Shown piece after piece: positions 37,534-40,000 of a DNA stretch of 40,000 nucleotides. Numbering within the stretch: the stretch's first letter is position 1; every line of letters starts with the position of its first letter. The stretch is from Methanomicrobiales archaeon (lineage in GTDB: Archaea; Halobacteriota; Methanomicrobia; Methanomicrobiales; Methanospirillaceae): positions 1 through 40,000 of the forward strand of contig JAAYCY010000063.1 of assembly GCA_012729535.1 (NCBI GenBank), written 5' to 3'. Position numbers and translations under genes: made by a program. The notes under the pieces were generated by a model. That model saw only the letters and a list, made by a program, of their open reading frames with translations. It was not told where the DNA came from and did not search any database.

Positions 37534-38013
37534 TCTATATTTGGAATTGTCAGTATCTACGGAACACATGGAAACATTAAAGCACATGGTGCACATTTAA
37601 ACGTCAGAGATCTGGGCCCAATCATCGGCGGAATTACCGGAGGCCCTGTTGTAGGCATAGGTGCAGGCATTTGAAGGAATTACTCTCATTATTATACTCA
37701 TGATTATCGTTAATGCCATTGGAATGGGTATATTTTCATCCATGATTCACAATCTTCTCAGTGAATGGAAAACAAGAGAAGAAAAACAGGCACTTGAAAC
37801 TGAAATGACAAAAAAAGATGCAGAACTTCAGAATCCAGCAAAAATTCAACAAATGAAAGGTATGATGAACGGCGGTTAAGAGAACTGATACAAAAGTATG
37901 CAAATATGCAATCGGAAAACCTTGTAAAACTGATAATTAATGAAGTGAATCTCTTTGCAGGTGACGAACCACAGTTTGATGATATTACCCTGTTTGTAAT
38001 AAAAATAGATTAA
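37534..38013 (+). pseudogene. Remnant of a 5TMR-LytS-type membrane sensor fused to a PP2C/SpoIIE phosphatase (frameshifted and internally deleted)
   Basis: There are three pieces in different frames. Piece 1, 37534-37674: SIFGIVSIYGTHGNIKAHGAHLNVRDLGPIIGGITGGPVVGIGAGI, which is 5TMR-LYT-like. Piece 2, 37661-37879: a last TM plus a coiled coil. Piece 3, about 37850-38013: YDERRLRELIQKY...VNLFAGDEPQFDDITLFVIKID, a typical SpoIIE/PP2C C-terminus. Most of the catalytic domain is missing. Confidence 0.55.
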
Positions 38014-38067
38014 CCGATTTTTTCTGTTTTTAATGCTTATTTTGCTTTTTTTCTCAGGATGATGAGA

Positions 38068-38090
38068 TTATATATAGATCATAGATCTAT
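38068..38090 (+). promoter_or_regulatory. TATA-like element followed by a 10-bp perfect palindrome upstream of ppdK
   Basis: TTATATATA (38068-38076) overlaps ATAGATC (38074-38080). The perfect palindrome ATAGATCTAT (38081-38090) follows immediately, about 90 bp upstream of the ppdK ATG. Confidence 0.3.
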
Positions 38091-38175
38091 AAACGACATG
38101 TTTGTTTGTAAGAAAGGTTTCTTGTTGTATTTCATGAGAGTAATGCTTAGAATCTAATAAAGACCGGTGGTAATT

Positions 38176-40000
38176 ATGATAAAAAACTGGGTTTACTCAT
38201 TTGCTGAAGGAGATGGAAAAAATAAAAAACTGCTTGGGGGGAAAGGAGCAAATCTGTGTGAATTGACACAAACCGGGATTCGTGTACCACCCGGATTTGT
38301 GATTACAACGGAGGCATGCCTTGCTTTTCTCAACGACCCTGAGCGCAGAATGCCATCAGGGATCATGGATCAGGTATCTGAACAACTAAGAAAAGTTGAA
38401 CAACTAACCAATAGAAACTTTGGTAGCAAAGAAAAACCACTGCTTTTATCAGTAAGATCTGGTTCTGCACTCTCAATGCCCGGGATGATGGACACAATTT
38501 TAAACCTGGGATTAAATTCAGACACATTGCAGGGTCTTCTTGCCGATACTCATAATGAACGTTTTTGTTATGATGCTTACCGACGATTTATCCAACTTTT
38601 TGGTAAAGTCGCCCTGGGTGTCCCTGATGAACTATTTGACGCGGAATTTGAAACAATAAAACAAAAAGCAGGAGTGGAACTTGATATTGACCTTTCTGCA
38701 CAGGATATGAAAAACATAGGCACCGTTTTTTTAAAGGTAGTCGAAGATTTTACCGGAAAGCCATTTCCCCAGGATCCCTATGAACAACTCGTGATCGCAA
38801 TAAAAGCAGTGTTTAATTCATGGATGGGTAAAAGAGCAATTGATTACCGTCGAGAATTTAAAATCACTCCAGAGATGGCAAATGGTACTGCAGTTAACAT
38901 CGTTGCGATGGTCTTTGGCAATATGAGTAATAATTCTGCAACCGGTGTTGGATTCACCCGGGACCCGGGAACAGGAGAGAATGTAATCTTTGGAGAATAC
39001 CTGGTTAATGCCCAGGGTGAAGATGTCGTTGCAGGAATTCGTACACCAAAACCTTTAGCATCTATGGCTGATGAGATGCCGGAACGGTTTCGTGAACTTA
39101 TGGATCTTCGGAATAACCTCGAATCACATTTTAGAGAGATTCAGGATTTTGAATTTACCATAGAAGAAGGAGTTTTATATTGTCTCCAAACCAGGAATGG
39201 GAAAATGAATGCAACTGCCATGGTGCGGACATCGGTAGAGATGAACGAAGAAGGATTAATCGATAAGAAACAGGCACTTCTTCGGATAAAACCAGAAATG
39301 TTGGAACAATTACTCTTTCCCAGGCTTGATCCAGGTACTGATGCAAACCCGGTTGCACGGGGACTTCCGGCATCTCCAGGAGGAGCATCGGGTATTGCCG
39401 TATTTGATGCAGATCGTGCTGAAAAGATGGGTCGTGAAGGAATAAATGTAATTCTTGTCAGGGAAGAAACAAAACCCGAAGATATTCATGGATTTTTTGC
39501 ATCCCAGGGAATATTAACCAGCAGAGGGGGAAAAACCTCTCATGCAGCAGTTGTCGCACGAGGGATGGGAAAACCCTGTGTAGCTGGTGCAGAAGGTATT
39601 TCAGTGGATATCAGACTTCGTATTGCGACGGTTGGAGATATCCAGATTTCTGAGGGTGATATGATCACCATTGACGGTTCCTCAGGAGCAGTGTATATCG
39701 GTTTTGTCCCCCTTATTGAGGCTGAATTCTCCCCTGAACTGGTAACACTCCTATCCTGGGCAGATGAACATGCACAGCTCAAGGTGATGGCAAACGCTGA
39801 TACTCCAGCAGATGCTGAGCGTGCTCTCAAATTTGGTGCGATGGGAATAGGACTTTGTAGAACAGAACGCATGTTTAACGATCCAGCAAGACTTCCCATT
39901 GTTATCGAGATGATAATTGCAGATACAAAAGAAGAACGTCAAAAAGCCCTAGACAAACTACTTCCTATTCAAAGAGAAGACTTCAAAAAGATTTTTTCGG
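38176..40000 (+). CDS. ppdK: Pyruvate, phosphate dikinase (partial; 3' end beyond the window)
   Basis: No stop occurs within the window, so it is absent from the ORF track. The N-terminus is MIKNWVYSFAEGDGKNKKLLGGKGANLCELTQTGIRVPPGFVITTEAC. The phosphohistidine motif GGKTSHAAVVARGMGKPCV lies at about 39528-39585. Confidence 0.93.
   Translation, partial: MIKNWVYSFAEGDGKNKKLLGGKGANLCELTQTGIRVPPGFVITTEACLAFLNDPERRMPSGIMDQVSEQLRKVEQLTNRNFGSKEKPLLLSVRSGSALSMPGMMDTILNLGLNSDTLQGLLADTHNERFCYDAYRRFIQLFGKVALGVPDELFDAEFETIKQKAGVELDIDLSAQDMKNIGTVFLKVVEDFTGKPFPQDPYEQLVIAIKAVFNSWMGKRAIDYRREFKITPEMANGTAVNIVAMVFGNMSNNSATGVGFTRDPGTGENVIFGEYLVNAQGEDVVAGIRTPKPLASMADEMPERFRELMDLRNNLESHFREIQDFEFTIEEGVLYCLQTRNGKMNATAMVRTSVEMNEEGLIDKKQALLRIKPEMLEQLLFPRLDPGTDANPVARGLPASPGGASGIAVFDADRAEKMGREGINVILVREETKPEDIHGFFASQGILTSRGGKTSHAAVVARGMGKPCVAGAEGISVDIRLRIATVGDIQISEGDMITIDGSSGAVYIGFVPLIEAEFSPELVTLLSWADEHAQLKVMANADTPADAERALKFGAMGIGLCRTERMFNDPARLPIVIEMIIADTKEERQKALDKLLPIQREDFKKIFS

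Overview
This window reads as an archaeal chromosome segment. Markers are G1P dehydrogenase, geranylgeranyl reductase, archaeosine tRNA genes, PriS plus a GINS-like gene, Elp3, Nop10, aIF2-alpha and ribosomal proteins L44e and S27e. A chemoreceptor, many PAS sensors and IPT-repeat surface proteins suggest a motile methanogen of the Methanomicrobiales, possibly Methanospirillum-like. That lineage call is inference only.

Layout:
- 1-1.45 kb: a decayed IS transposase cut by the window edge, followed by two small membrane ORFs.
- 2.9-5.1 kb: purD and argF, translationally coupled.
- 5.1-11.9 kb, minus strand: tgtA, arcS, nfnA-like, nfnB-like, a dsRBD-less RNase III domain gene and a flippase-like membrane protein.
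- 12.3-22.7 kb: the only accessory-looking part. It holds an MCP, an output-less 7TM-PAS sensor, a convergent wHTH-PAS protein, a long structured leader, a beta-helix/IPT surface protein with a 555-bp in-frame tandem duplication, and a tightly following secreted protein of unknown family.
- 22.8-33.6 kb, minus strand: a core block of AMMECR1, GGR, ferredoxin, EndoQ-like, PAC2, Nop10, aIF2-alpha, S27e, L44e, GINS-like, PriS, Elp3, UPF0058, UPF0179 and egsA.
- 33.6-40 kb, plus strand: DUF63, SpoIIM-like, proS, thiD, a remnant of a 5TMR-LytS/PP2C sensor phosphatase, and ppdK running off the window.

Two real genes are shorter than the ORF-track cutoff and I recovered them by hand: a 57-aa 2x[4Fe-4S] ferredoxin and a 49-aa Nop10. 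Several track ORFs begin at TTG or GTG, and I re-assigned their starts.

I found no rRNA, tRNA or CRISPR array, and no recognisable defence or toxin-antitoxin module. I see no convincing novel multi-gene system. The best candidates for follow-up are the surface-protein/unknown-secreted-protein pair with its leader, the RNase III-like gene fused into the nfnAB operon, and the output-less sensor cluster. All homology calls come from motif recognition by eye. No searches were run.
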